Assembly: GCA_051294375.1 (NCBI GenBank) | Contig: CM119263.1 | Span: 18,438,628 to 18,502,627 of the forward strand | From: Paraspadella gotoi | Lineage: Eukaryota > Animalia > Chaetognatha | Direction of reading: 5' to 3' | Length of the DNA: 64,000 nucleotides | In this document: positions 48,441-61,457 of the stretch, piece after piece | How positions within the stretch are numbered: position 1 is the first letter of the stretch | Layout: every line of letters starts with the position of its first letter | Translations under genes and position numbers: made by a program | Notes under the pieces: generated by a model | Seen by the model: only the letters and a program-made list of their open reading frames with translations | Database searches by the model: none | Told to the model about the DNA's origin: nothing

Positions 48441-49760
48441 TGCTTTCCACCCCATCAACCCTCCAGCTTGTACGGGCCTTCGCCACGATCTCCTATTTCT
48501 TCCTCATTCGCCCTCGACATTTCCTCCACAAATCTCTCTTCATTTGGAGGCGCGAATCTCGTCGCCGTTCTTTGTTGCTTCACCTGTTGCCTCCCCGCAA
48601 GTTTAACTTTCCCCGTTCGCTCAAGGTGAGAGTTCGCTCTTACTTTACGAAGCCGACTATTGGTGGAAGATAAGGAGGAGAATGCCAATAAAATGGAAAT
48701 AAAATTGTTTTTAATCAATTAAAAATTTATCACTTATGCCTAGATATGATGAAAAAAAATATTAGATAAATTCAACTTTTACTTTTACTTAGACTAGTCT
48801 TCATACAAAACTACTTCTACTAAGTACTAAGTATTACTATAATTAATCTACTCTACTTGTCTTCAGCACAGTCATATTCATTTCTCCATGTACTTTTTTT
48901 TTTCACCCAAACTCGGCAAACCCTCCAGTCTGTGGTGCGCGCCTCTGTGACCGCGGTGCCCTTCGTCCTCGGCAGCACCCACGGCCTTCGTCGCTCTCTA
49001 CGACGATGCCACCTTCGTTGTGCAATTCGGTCGTCGACGCCCTCAACGCTACTGTCAAGAGTGGACGACTCTTGGAAAGGTGGAGTCAGTTTAACATTAA
49101 GAACTGGCATAAGTTCCGGTTTTTTTCAATCTCGTTTTTTTTCCCTTAATTTTTCTCCTTATTTTTTCCTCTTTCTCCAGACGTTTTTATTCTCTTTTAC
49201 TTTCCTTTTCAACTAATTCTCATGAGTATTATTATCTTTTTCTTTCATCAGGTTCTGGTTTTCTCCTTTATTTTCGATCTGATCTCTGATTGGCCAACTT
49301 TCACAAATGAATCGGCGAATCAAGACGTTTCGTTCTGTTGCGACGCCAATCAGCCAACGAGTAATTTCGTCAGTCACTCGCGTTGGTTTTTAATGGCAGT
49401 GATTATGTTCACCTGTAAGTAATAGAAATTTGTTGATTAAGATTTTAGGTTAACGAAATCATCAACGCACTTTTTTTCTAAAAACTTCAGCCAAAATACC
49501 AGAAAGATTTTTCCTGGAAAATTGAATGTCGTCGGCCACTCCATCAGCTTTTCCACATTTGCATCGCATGGGAGCTTACAAACAGGTAACAGAGTATTGT
49601 TTTGTTTGTTAACTTCTAGTTGAAAGCTAACGCATGGTTCGAATTAAAACATTTTCAGTATCAAATGTTGTTGACCTACTTTCGCGGTCAGCACGTCTCT
49701 CGTCGTGGGAAGGACCCTCGACGGATATCTCGAGGAACGAGACTCGCTACCGACGGTTGG
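47531..49760 (+). CDS. PAQR family / membrane progestin receptor-like 7TM protein; frameshifted as assembled (sequence errors or pseudogene); 3' end uncertain
   Basis: Exons ~47531-47725, 47853-48167, 48467-48625, 48929-49079, 49252-49414, 49491-49585 and ~49692-49760. Switching frames at small indels gives EVPD..EFNILSGYRQPG, ACLLSVFSPCNETLNFWTHFLP, SS.AH..FFIDYAG, LYG.FATISYF, VVRASVTAVPFVL and SKIPERFFPGKLNVVGHSHQLFHICI: the diagnostic PAQR motifs NExxNxWTH, SxxxH, DYxG and PERxxPGxxxxxGHSHQLFH. Confidence 0.8.
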
Positions 49761-49784
49761 TTTAAATTGGGGTTGGGGTTGGAG

Positions 49785-52313
49785 CTGGGGTTTGGGGCTG
49801 GGGGGTGGTGGGTTGGGGTGGGTGGGTTGCAGTCCGCGAGATAAGGGAGGAGATGGGCGATAGGTTTAGGTTCCGAGGAAAGGGGAAAGACACCAAAAGT
49901 TGGTGGTAGAAAGGGAGTATAGGGATAAGTATGAAGAACCAGAACAATAATCGGAGGAATTTGTCAAAAAGTGGTTCAAGAATGTTAATTAAGAGAGAAG
50001 AAAAATATGACATTGAGGAATAAGATCTTGGGGTATACCACAAGGACTTTATCATGGAAAAGCGAGATGAATATCTTGATTGACGAAGCGATCAGTTTCA
50101 AGGTCAAACAAAATTCAAACATCGTGTCAGATCGGACGTCGCACAAACTTTCCGTTGAAGAAGGAGAAAAAATCCAATCGAATATTGTCAAACGGGAAAG
50201 GATTTATGCAAGGGATAAAAAAACGGTTATTTCATGCCAGAAATATGAAACTTGATATTAAATTTCAAGTTGGGTAATAAAACGACCGCAATAACGTCAA
50301 AGTTTACGATCTGAAAAATATTACAATCCGTGCTTATTTCTAGTTTCCCGTTTCTTAAAAAAAAAAGAAGATAATATCCCTGCCTGTTTCATTTCGTTTT
50401 TCAATTTAACGACTGATAATTTCTTAATCTTAAATTTCTTCAAAGCAATAATTTTATTGCTTTCGAATCGAGGAACGTTTCTGAAATTTTCTGAAATAAT
50501 TTCTCCTATCTCGAACGAGCATGCTCTCTATTTTCATATCGATCCATTTTTTTCCCGAAATAAAGAAAGGGAAAAAAAGGGCGCGAAATTCGTATCGGAG
50601 TTTTTCTCTCCAATTCTTATGTAACAGAAAAGAGAGAGAAAAAATCCTCTTTTTTTTTTTTTTTTTTTTTGGTCGCCCCCTTTTCGCTTCTCTTAATTTA
50701 TTCCCTCTATAAACCAGTTTTCCATTTCCATCTCTCCGTTTTCTTCCGGCGCGGGTTATCTTTCTCTCGCAGCGCCGAATGCCGGAGAATCTCCGGCAAA
50801 GCCTCGACGCCCACGGCTTGTTTGGGGCCGAAAGTCGCGATGGCGAAACGTCAGTGGCTTTCGACATTGTCGTCGATTCTGAATGCGAAAATTGATCCGG
50901 TAGGGGGTTGTGAACCCATTGGCCCGAAGTGAGCGTTCGCAATGGTCTCAACTTAACATTAAGCATTGCGTATCTCATTTATTAAATTGTAAGTCTCTTG
51001 TACCACAGACGTATATTAGTATTTTCTTCCTTTCCTTTCTTTCTCTCCTTGCGCTCCGTTCCCCACCCACCCACCCCATCCCACTTCACCTCTCCCCTCC
51101 ATCTTTCACCTGCCTCTAAAACGATCCTTCTTTCCCCTCCCTCCTTTGTCTTCGCCCACACGAGATAAGTTCTCCGGGTTTGTTTATTATCGTCCGATTC
51201 TTTCAACTCTCGCTTTTCCCAAATTTTCCTCTTTACATACGGGTTTTTTTTTTTTTTCCAAATGGGAAATCGGGAGGGATTATTCGACCGAAATCTATGG
51301 AACTGAGTTACATCCGGAGGTCATTTTTTTTTTTGGCTGGTTAGGAGGAGAGAGGATTTTTTTGGATGGGGGAGGGTTGATCGCGTTTTGGGAGTGGGTC
51401 GAAGTGGCATCGCAAAGTATTCGCTCAACCCTGGGATTCTCCTCGGCGCGTTCTTGTCCTCTTGTAAACAAACAAATCGTTCGAGAGACAAAAATGGAAA
51501 TTCGGCGGAAATGGGGGGAATTATATTTTAGATTCTATTTGTCGATTTTTATAAAAGCCTTCACCTCCTACGTTTTCATTTTCTACATATTTCAAAATTT
51601 AAATGTTTGTAATATGTAAAACTGGTAGATAAACAAAGTCGCTGCCAACGGCGAATCGAATTCTTAAAAAAAGAAAAAGAAAAAAGAAATCGTAGATTCG
51701 GTTTTTCCCGGTTCTTCGTCGTCACTTCTTGTCTCTCCGTGTTTTCCCGGCGTCCCCCGCCGTCTCTTGTTTTCCTTTTGTTTTCTTTTGTTTTCCTCTT
51801 CTCGATTTCTTGAGATTTGTTGTTTCGCCAGCGTGAGGATCTGCTCGTGATTCGAGGGCAAAGTTGCGTCGTTTCGGGTTTTTCTCTTCCCTTTATAGCT
51901 CTCCTCCGACGTCTGTCTTCCTGTTTTTACGTCACTCGTCCGCGTGTCTTTCTGTTTTGTGTCACTCTGTCTTTGGTTGTATTTCTATCTACATCCCTTT
52001 CAGTCTTGTTTTCTTTTCTCTCAATTTTCTTTATTGTTTTCTTTTCTAGATTATACTCATTCCTCTTTTTTTTCGTTTAAACATCACCCTTCTTTTCTAC
52101 TCTGACCTTTTCCCATTTTGTTTCCGTTTTTCCTTTCCTACTTCTCTCCTTTTCTCCTCTTCTCCTCTTCTTTTTTCCCTTTTCCCCTTCTTTTCTTTCC
52201 TATTCCCTCCACAAGTTTTACGCGCGGAAATTGTATTCGAAAACAAGGAGAGATCGAAACATTGTTTTACATTTCCCTCTGGGCGTCGAGGCCTCTACTT
52301 CAAACGATTTTAA

Positions 52314-52380
<67 letters not shown>

Positions 52381-55300
52381 GCTCTCTCTCTCTCTGACAA
52401 ACACACTTTATTTCCTCATTTCCTCCCCCTTCCTCTTTCCTTTCACTCCCACTCACCTTCCTCTCCTCTTACCACCCTTGACCAGGCTTGCCAATATAAT
52501 TATATCCGAGGCCATAAAGAACGTCCCTCGCTAGCGCCCCCCTCTCTCCCGCCTCTGCCGCTTCAGGTTCTCTTTCTCTTTAGCCTTTTGTTTCTCAATC
52601 GCCGTCGCCAGATGCGTTACTCGTCGTGGCGAAGTGTTACATACATGGGTTCTGGCTTGCAGTTGGGTTCGAGAACATCAGCTGATGTGGCTCTGCAAAG
52701 GCTACATGTTCCTTCTTCTGACAGAGAATGAATCCATTCTTAGACTGTCTGTTAAAATAAAAGACAACCATTTGCCGTTTTCTCTATTAATCCGTCTGTC
52801 CCTCTATCACTTTCGCTGCGAACTTCTTTTTACATCCAGAGAGTCCAACCACACCCGTTTTTTTTTTCGCGCCCTATTTCGAAAGCGATAATTTTCCATT
52901 TTCGAAGCGATAAACATTATCATCATTTTCGAAATGGAAATTAAATGGCAGCCAGCGACGGCGAAGCGGAAAAAAAAAAAGTTCGGGACGGTTGCCAAGA
53001 GACGGTTGGCTTTGCCAAGAACGGACCGTTTTCAGATCTGGCGGCCTCCCAGTCCACCCTTCCCGCCCCGCGATTCGCCAGTTCGATTCGCCTTTTCCAG
53101 CCTTGCCCTTCCTCTCTTTCGAGCCTCCTCTCGCTCACTCCCCTCTTCGTCTTTTCCGTCCTCTTAACAACGACACTCTCGCCGCCGATCCTTATCGGTT
53201 TTATCGTTTTCCCAGTACTCTCGTCGTCGTCTCGTCTCGTCGTCGTCCGCGCAAAGATTCCGTCATCGAAATCGACACGGCCGTAATTTCCGCTTCGGTT
53301 TTGACCTCGTTTCCACGAAATTCTTGCTGAGCGATTTCGACTTTTATGACCGAAAATTTGTTGTATTCGACCGATTTTCTTGAGGCGGTGCATTGCTGGA
53401 CATTTATACATTAACGCGAGTTTCTTGATCCTTGATGTTCAACTCATTGTTGCGGGCAATTTTTTTTCAGTATCCTGCGGTTTGTTGCGGAACCATCTCC
53501 TCTTTCTTCGCAGCACTCTCTCCGCATTCCAGCGCGATTCCTTGGCGTGACATTTGGACCGAGACGCGAGACGCCGATATGGCTTTAGTGGAGACTCCGT
53601 TTCCCAGGCGACTCAGTCTCTCGCCAGCAGACGTCAGTAAATGATGTCGCGAAGCCTAGACTCAAATCAAATTGCTAGCGTCTGCTGAAAATTTTTTTTT
53701 AAATTTTCGATGTCATAGACATTTTTCAATTAAATTAGGAATTGATATTTGGTAAGAAGAAGGAGTTTTATTTTTACAAAACAACGATATATTTATTTAA
53801 ACGAGATATGTTTCGACTCTGTTTTTTTCGAGTCTTCATCAGCGCTTTTTGATATTCAAACATTTTACCTAAACTTTTTTTCATTTTGTTGTTCTCTAAC
53901 TATTAATATTTACTTTTTTTACGAGATATTCAACGATAACATTTTTCACATCCTCGCATCCATAACGTATACATAAATTGGGTGCTACTGGCGATGCTCT
54001 TTTATTAGCGACGCATTTTCTCCAGCGAGCAAAGACGCCTGGTGCGTCGTAAAATCATTGGCATCCTTTCTCTAGTGGCGCAATGAGGCTGCACAAAAAT
54101 GCGACGCAGTGACGCAGTAAAGCTCCGCTGCATTTCGCTGCAGGCTGGCAGCAATGTGCGTGCGGTAATGAATTGGCGATCTTCGCGACAGAGACGAATG
54201 GTTTTCCGGAAATATCAACCCTATGAATCTTTTTTTGTTTTGAAAATGCTCCGTCTTTATTTTCTTTGTTGGGAAATTCTCATTTCGTTGAATAACTAAA
54301 GTCGTGTGAATTGCATAATAATGCTCTAATTTTTTGGTTTTTTTGTACTTAAAGCACTCTTTATTTCAGACCCTGATGTTGTGTAAAAGAAGTTTACAAA
54401 TGAACCACGAAGTTATCTAAATTGGTTGTAAACTAAATCGTAATCTATCTCAGGGTTAAACGCAGTTCGTTTGATAAAAGTCACTTTTTTTTTATAACGA
54501 TGCTTTTTGTCTTATTCTTTCCTGTTTGACATTTTCTGAATTCTAATTCTCCGCCATTCTTCGCTATATCTCTTTGTCTATCTTTTTAACTTTATTGTTT
54601 ATGTCCTCTTTTGTCTTTTAATTTAGTTCTTATTAATCTTTTTGTCTATTAATTTGTCAGTGAATCTTCTTGGACCGACTCGTTATCAATTTCCTCAATC
54701 TTTCTTCTTTATCCTTCTTCCAAATGTTTCCTCCTGGACCTCCTCTTCCCTCGGACTCAGCTCGCCGCGCTGCTCATATTTGTTTACATTCTTGTCGTCC
54801 TCTGTTTTTCTTTGTTGTCTTTTTTTTTTTTGTTTACGCAGTTTTTAACAGATTTTTACCGATTACACTCGAGAAAAACAAATGTTTTCTCGTTCTTCGA
54901 GTGCAAAGGCAAGAAATGACTTTGTCAACTCCATCATTAGGAAAGTTTGAAAATTCCGAACTATGGAAAAATCATTAGCGTAATTCCGATGAACAAATCT
55001 TGTTTATTTTGACGTCGACGACTTTTAACGAGCGCGACGACGACGACGAAAGCGACGATTAGACGGCAATTGCACCGGCGACAAGGTCGTTTAATTAATG
55101 ATGCCGTAACAACGGATTCAGGGAGTTGAACATTTGAGAATTTAAAAATAAAAACGATAATAATAATGATAAAAAAATATCGCCATTTTAAAAAGTTTTT
55201 TTCAGAAAATATCAAAACTATTTGTTCGATGTGTTAAGCTTTTAAAAATTAAAAGAGAAGTAAAGGGAGGGCGAGGAGATGAAAAATTGTTTATTAGATT

Positions 55301-55543
55301 CTCAAGTTTTAAGAAAAAAAATTATATGAACGGAAACTTGAAAATCAGAATGAAAAGTTGTTTCGGTAAAAAAAGGAAAGCAAAAGTCGTTTAGAATCTT
55401 TGTCAAACTCAAAGAGTTTGAACCCGAAGTTTGAAACTAAATGACTTTTTTTTTCTTTTCCTTTCGTCGAACGCGAGACGTCATCAAGGTTTAAGTGATG
55501 GGGATTTCGTAGAAGGGGAGGGGAGGGAGAGAGAGGAAGAAGA

Positions 55544-55620
<77 letters not shown>

Positions 55621-56649
55621 GAAGAGAGAGAGCCATAACGCTGGCCAAGATCGCGAGAGGACAGAGTGAGGGGGCGGACGAAGTAACGGGTAAGTCTCAG
55701 CTGTCGCTTGCTCGCTAAACATAATAGACGGGGAATAGAATGTCATTGGGCGCGTTGAGAGTGGAACTGGAAGGGTGGTAGAAGTGCAGGGAGATGGGAA
55801 TGCCGCACTTTCGTGGAAGTTTATGAAGAGAAAAGTGAAAAAGGGGCGAGATCTGTGGAGGTATAAACGTTCGAGGGGAAGGCGGGCGCGCCTCGGCTCG
55901 GCTGGCGGTTGTCGATGGGCTCAGGAAAGAATCTCTCCGGCGGCTGCGATGCATCGTGAAGGAATTAATGTTGGGAGAGAAAAAAAATTCAAGAGACTTA
56001 GTTTCCTACTTCGTCGAATGCTGAGTTTTGAAGAGACGTTTTGTAGTCAGGATGGACGAAAATTTTTTTCAGCTCTTAATCTCGAGTGAAAAGTGATTTT
56101 GTGAAGAGTTTTTTGACTAAAGACCAGTTAGAAAACGTTAAATCTCATTTTTTACTTTTCACTCAACTTTTTATTCAAGGACCTTTTTCAACCTTTTTAA
56201 ATCAAACCTCTAAGTTTGGCTTTGTTTTTAAACCAACTGTTAAGGCTTAAGTCTAGATCGACGACGACGACGCTGACAACGACGGGAAGGGCGACGACAA
56301 CGAAAAAGACCCCAGCGGTCCTGAACGAGAAGGGGGGGGCGGGTGCTACGGTTTCGTCCTTCGATTAAGGGAAGCGAAACCCTTGTTGACGGCTTGTTGC
56401 TGTTTCTTGTTTTGTGGATATTTTTCTTTGTTCCGGTTTTATTTTTTTACTTTTTCTTTATATCTTTGCTACCTTCTGCAATATACAGTAGAATCAATGG
56501 TAAAAATAATAATTTTTTTTCGTTGTCCTCTTTGTTGCTGTCATTCTTAACCATTTTCATTTTATTATTTTTTTTTAATCGAAAACAGTACAACGATTGT
56601 CAGTATGCCTGCTGAATAGGGATATTCTAATGGACATCGACGAAAGAGG

Positions 56650-56703
<54 letters not shown>

Positions 56704-56984
56704 TAGAAGAGAGAGAGACCAACCCCCTCAAGCTCTCTAACGGACGTCGGATAATGGCGGACCGCATTTAATGATGATTTCTTTCCTTTTCCTCTCTTTT
56801 CCTCCGCTCCTTTTACCTCTCTCCATTACTCCTCTCTCGCGCACTTTTTTCCTCCAGTAACTTTTTTTTAATCCCGTCTCTTAATTCTTTTTTTATTTCC
56901 TTTTTCTTTTCCTTTCTTTTGATTCTACCTTCACAGCGCTCAATCATGGTACACCTCCGATTGCGGGAAAATGCCACAGAGAGC

Positions 56985-57034
<50 letters not shown>

Positions 57035-57333
57035 NNNNNNNNNNNNNNNNNNNNNNNNNCGTGGCATTTTCCCCGCAATCGGAGGTGTACCATGATTGAG
57101 CGCTGTGAAGGTAGAATCAAAAGAAAGGAAGAAAAAGGAAATAAAAAAAGAATTAAGAGACGGGATTAAAAAAAAAGTTACTTGGAGGAAAAAAGTGCGC
57201 GAGAGAGGAAGTAATGGAGAGAGGTAAAAGGAGCGGAGGAAAAGAGAGGAAAAGGAAAGAAATCATCATTAAATGCGGTCCGCCATTATCCGACGTCCGT
57301 TAGAGAGCTTGAGGGGGTTGGTCTCTCTCTCTA

Positions 57334-57387
<54 letters not shown>

Positions 57388-60300
57388 CCGGTCGATGTCC
57401 ATTAGAATATCCCTATTCAGCAGGCATACTGACAATCAGTTGGTACTGTTTTCGATTAAAAAAAATAATAAAATAAAAATGGGTTAAGAATGACAGCAAC
57501 AAAGAGGACAACAAAAAACAACTTTATTATTTTTACTATTGGTTTTACTGTATATATGCAGAAGGTAGCAAAGATATAAAGAAAAGTAAAAAAATAAAAC
57601 CGGAACAAAGAAAAATATCCNNNNNNNNNNCGTCCATCCTGACTACAAACGTCTCTTCAAAACTCAGCATTCGACGAAGTAGGAAACTAAGTCTCTTGAA
57701 TTTTTTTTCTCTCCCAACATTAATTCCTTCACGATGCATCGCAGCCGCCGGAGAGATTCTTTCCTGAGCCCATCGACAACCGCCAGCCGAGCCGAGGCGC
57801 GCCCGCCTTCCCCTCGAACGTTAGTACCTCACAGATCTCGCGCCTTTTTCACTTTTCTCTTCATAAACTTCCACGAAAGTGCGGCATTCCCATCTCCCTG
57901 CACTTCTACCACCCTTCCAGTTCCACTCTCAACGCGCCCAATGACATTCTATTCCCCGTCTATTATGTTTAGCGAGCAAGCGACAGCTGAGACTTACCCG
58001 TTACTTCGTCCGCCCCCTCCACTCTGTCTCTCTCGCGATCTTGCCAGCGTTATGGCTCTCTCTCTCTCTNNNNNNNNNNNNNNNNNNNNNNNNNNNNNNN
58101 NNNNNNNNNNNNNNNNNNNNNNNNNNNNNNNNNNNNNNNNNNNNNNNNNNNNNNNNNNNNNNNNNNNNNNNNNNNNNNNNNNNNNNNNNNNNNNNNNNNN
58201 NNNNNNNNNNNNNNNNNNNNNNCCCTCCCCTTCTACGAAATCCCCCATCACTTAAACCTTGATGACGTCTCGCGTTCGACGAAAGGAAAAGAAAAAAAAG
58301 TCATTTAGTTTCAAACTTCGGGTTCAAACTCTTTGAGTTGACAAAGATTCTAAACGACTTTTGCTTTCCTTTTTTTACCGAAACAACTTTTCATTCTGAT
58401 TTGCAAGTTTCCGTTCATATAATATTTTTTCTTAAAACTTGAGAATCTAATAAACAATTTTTCATCTCCCTCGCCCTCTTTACTTCTCTTTTAATTTTTA
58501 AAAGCTTAACACATCGAACAAATAGTTTTGATATTTTCTGAAAAAAACTTTTTAAAATGGCGATATTTTTTTTATCATTATTATTATTATCGTTTTTATT
58601 TTTTAAATTCTCAAATGTTCAACTCCCTGAATCCGTTGTTACGGCCATCATTAATTAAACGACCTTGTCGCCGGTGCAATTGCCGTTCTAATCGTCGCTT
58701 TCGTCGTCGTCGTCGTCGTTAAAGTCGTCGACGTCAAAATAAACAAGATTTGTTCATCGGAATTACGCTAATGATTTTTCCATAGTTCGAGAATTTTCAA
58801 ACTTTCCTAATGATGGAGTTGACAAAGTCATTTCTTGCCTTTGCAACTCGAAGAACGAGAAAACATTTGTTTTCTCTCGAGTGTAATCGGTAAAAATCTG
58901 TTAAAAACTGCGTAAACAAAACAAAAAGACAACAAAGAAAAACAAGAGGACGACAAGAATGTAAACAAATATGAGCAGCGCGGCGAGCTGAGTCCGAGGG
59001 AAGAGGAGGTCCAGGAGGAAACATTTGGGAAGAAGGATAAAGAAGAAAGATTGAGGAAATTGATAACGAGTCGGTCCAAGAAGATTCACTGACAAAATTA
59101 ATAGACAAAAAGAATTAATAAGAACTAAAATTAAAAGACAAAAGAGGACATAAAACAATAAAGTTAAAAGATAGACAAAGAGATATAGCGGAAGAATGGC
59201 GGAGAATTAGAATTCAGAAAATGTCAAACAGGAAAGAATAAGACAAAAAGCATCGTTATAAAAAAAAAAGTGACTTTTATCAAACGAACTGCGTTTAACC
59301 TTTGAGATAGATTACGATTTAAGTTTAACAACCAATTTAGATAACTTCGTGGTTCATTTGTAACTTCTTTTACACAACATCAGGGTCTGAAATAAAGAGT
59401 GCTTTAAGTACAAAAAAACCATAAAAATTAGAACATTTTATAGCAATTCACACGACTTTAGTTATTCAACGAAATGAGAAATTTCCCCACAAAGAAAATA
59501 AAGACGGAGCATTTTCAAAACAAAAAAGATTCATAGGGTTGATATTTCCGGAAAACCATTCGTCTCTGTCGCGAAGATCGCCAATTCATTACCGCCGCAC
59601 AATGCTGCAGCTGCAGCGAAATGCAGCGGAGCTTTACTGCGTCACTGCGTCGCATTTTTGTGCAGCCTCATTGCGCCACTAGAGAAAGGATGCCAATGAT
59701 TTTACGACGCACCAGGCGTCTTTGCTCGCTGGAGAAAATGCGTCGCTAATAAAAGAGCATCGCCAGTAGCACCCAATTTATGTATACGTTATGGATGCGA
59801 GGATGTGAAAAATGTTATCGTTGAATATCTCGTTAAGAAAGTAAATATTAATAGTTAGAGAACAACAAAATGAAAAAAAGTTTAGGTAAAATGTTTGAAT
59901 ATCAAAAAGCGCTGATGAAGACTCGAAAAAACAGAGTCGAAACATATCCGTTAAATAAATATATCGTTGTTTGTAAAATAATAAAAACTCTCTTCTTTGT
60001 ACACAAATATCAATTCCTAATTTAATTGAAAAATGTCTAATGACATCGAAAATTTAAAAAAAAATTTCAGGCAGACGCTAGCAATTTTGATTTGAGTCTA
60101 GGCTTCGCGACATCATTTACTGACGTCTGCTGGCGAGAGACTGAGTCGCCTGGGAAACGGAGTCTCCACTAAAGCCATATCGGCGTCTCGGCGTCTCGGT
60201 CCAAATGTCACGCCAAGGAATCGCGCTGGAATGCGGAGAGAGTGCTGCGAAGAAAGAGGAGATGGTTCCGCAACAAACCGCAGATACTGAAAAAAATGCC

Positions 60301-60508
60301 GCAACAATGAAGTTGAACATCAAGGATCAAGAAACCTCGCGTTAATGTATAAAATGTCCAGCAATGCACCGCCTCAAGAAAATCGGTCGAATACAACAAA
60401 TTTTCGGTCATAAAAGTCGAAATCGCTCAGCAAGAATTTCGTGGAAACGAGGTCAAAACCGAAGCGGAAATTACGCCGTGTCGATTTCGATGACGGAATC
60501 TTTGGCGG

Positions 60509-60546
<38 letters not shown>

Positions 60547-61378
60547 TACTGGGAAAACGATAAAACCGATAAGGATCGGCGGCGAGAGTGTCGTTGTTAA
60601 GAGGACGGAAAAAGACGAAGAGGGGAGTGAGCGAGAGGAGGCTCGAAAGAGAGGAAGGGCAAGGCTGGGAAAAGGCGAATCGAACTGGCGAATCGCGGGG
60701 CGGGAAGGGTGGAACTGGGAGGCGCCAGATCTGAAAACGGTCCGTTCTTGGCAAAGGCAACCGTCTCTTGGCAACCGTCCCGAATTTTTTTTTTTCCGCT
60801 TCGCCGTCGCTGGCTGCCATTTAATTTCCATTTCGAAAATGATGATAATGTTTATCGCTTCGAAAATGGAAAATTATCGCTTCGAAATAAGGGGGCGCGA
60901 AAAAAAAAACGGGTGTGGGTTGGACTCTCTGGATGTAAAAAGAAGTTCCAGCGAAAGTGATAGAGGGGACAGACGGATTAATAGAGAAAACGGCAAATGG
61001 TTGTCTTTTATTTTAACAGACAGTCTAAGAATGGCGATTCATTTCTCTGTCAGAAGAAGGAACATGTAGCCTTTGCAGAGCCACATCAGCTGATGTTCTC
61101 GAACCCAAGACCTGCAATGCCAGAACCCATGTATGTTAGACACTTCGCCACGACGAGTAACGCATCTGGCGACGGCGATTGAGAAACAAAAGGCTAAAGA
61201 GAAAGAGAACCTGAAGCGGCAGAGGGCGGGAGAGAGGGGGGGCGCTAGCGAGGGACGTTCTTTATGGCCTCGGATATAATTATATTGGCAAGCCTGGTCA
61301 AGGGTGGTAAGAGGAGAGGAAGGTGAGTGGGGTGAAAGGAAAAGAGGAAGGGGGAGAAATGAGGAATAAAGTGTGTTT

Positions 61379-61457
<79 letters not shown>

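Noticed and set aside
50772-50928. Exon-like segment with a good acceptor and GTGAGC donor (mirrored at ~62845-63000)
   Set aside because: No recognisable protein motif, the frames differ between the two copies, and it cannot be linked to the PAQR gene.
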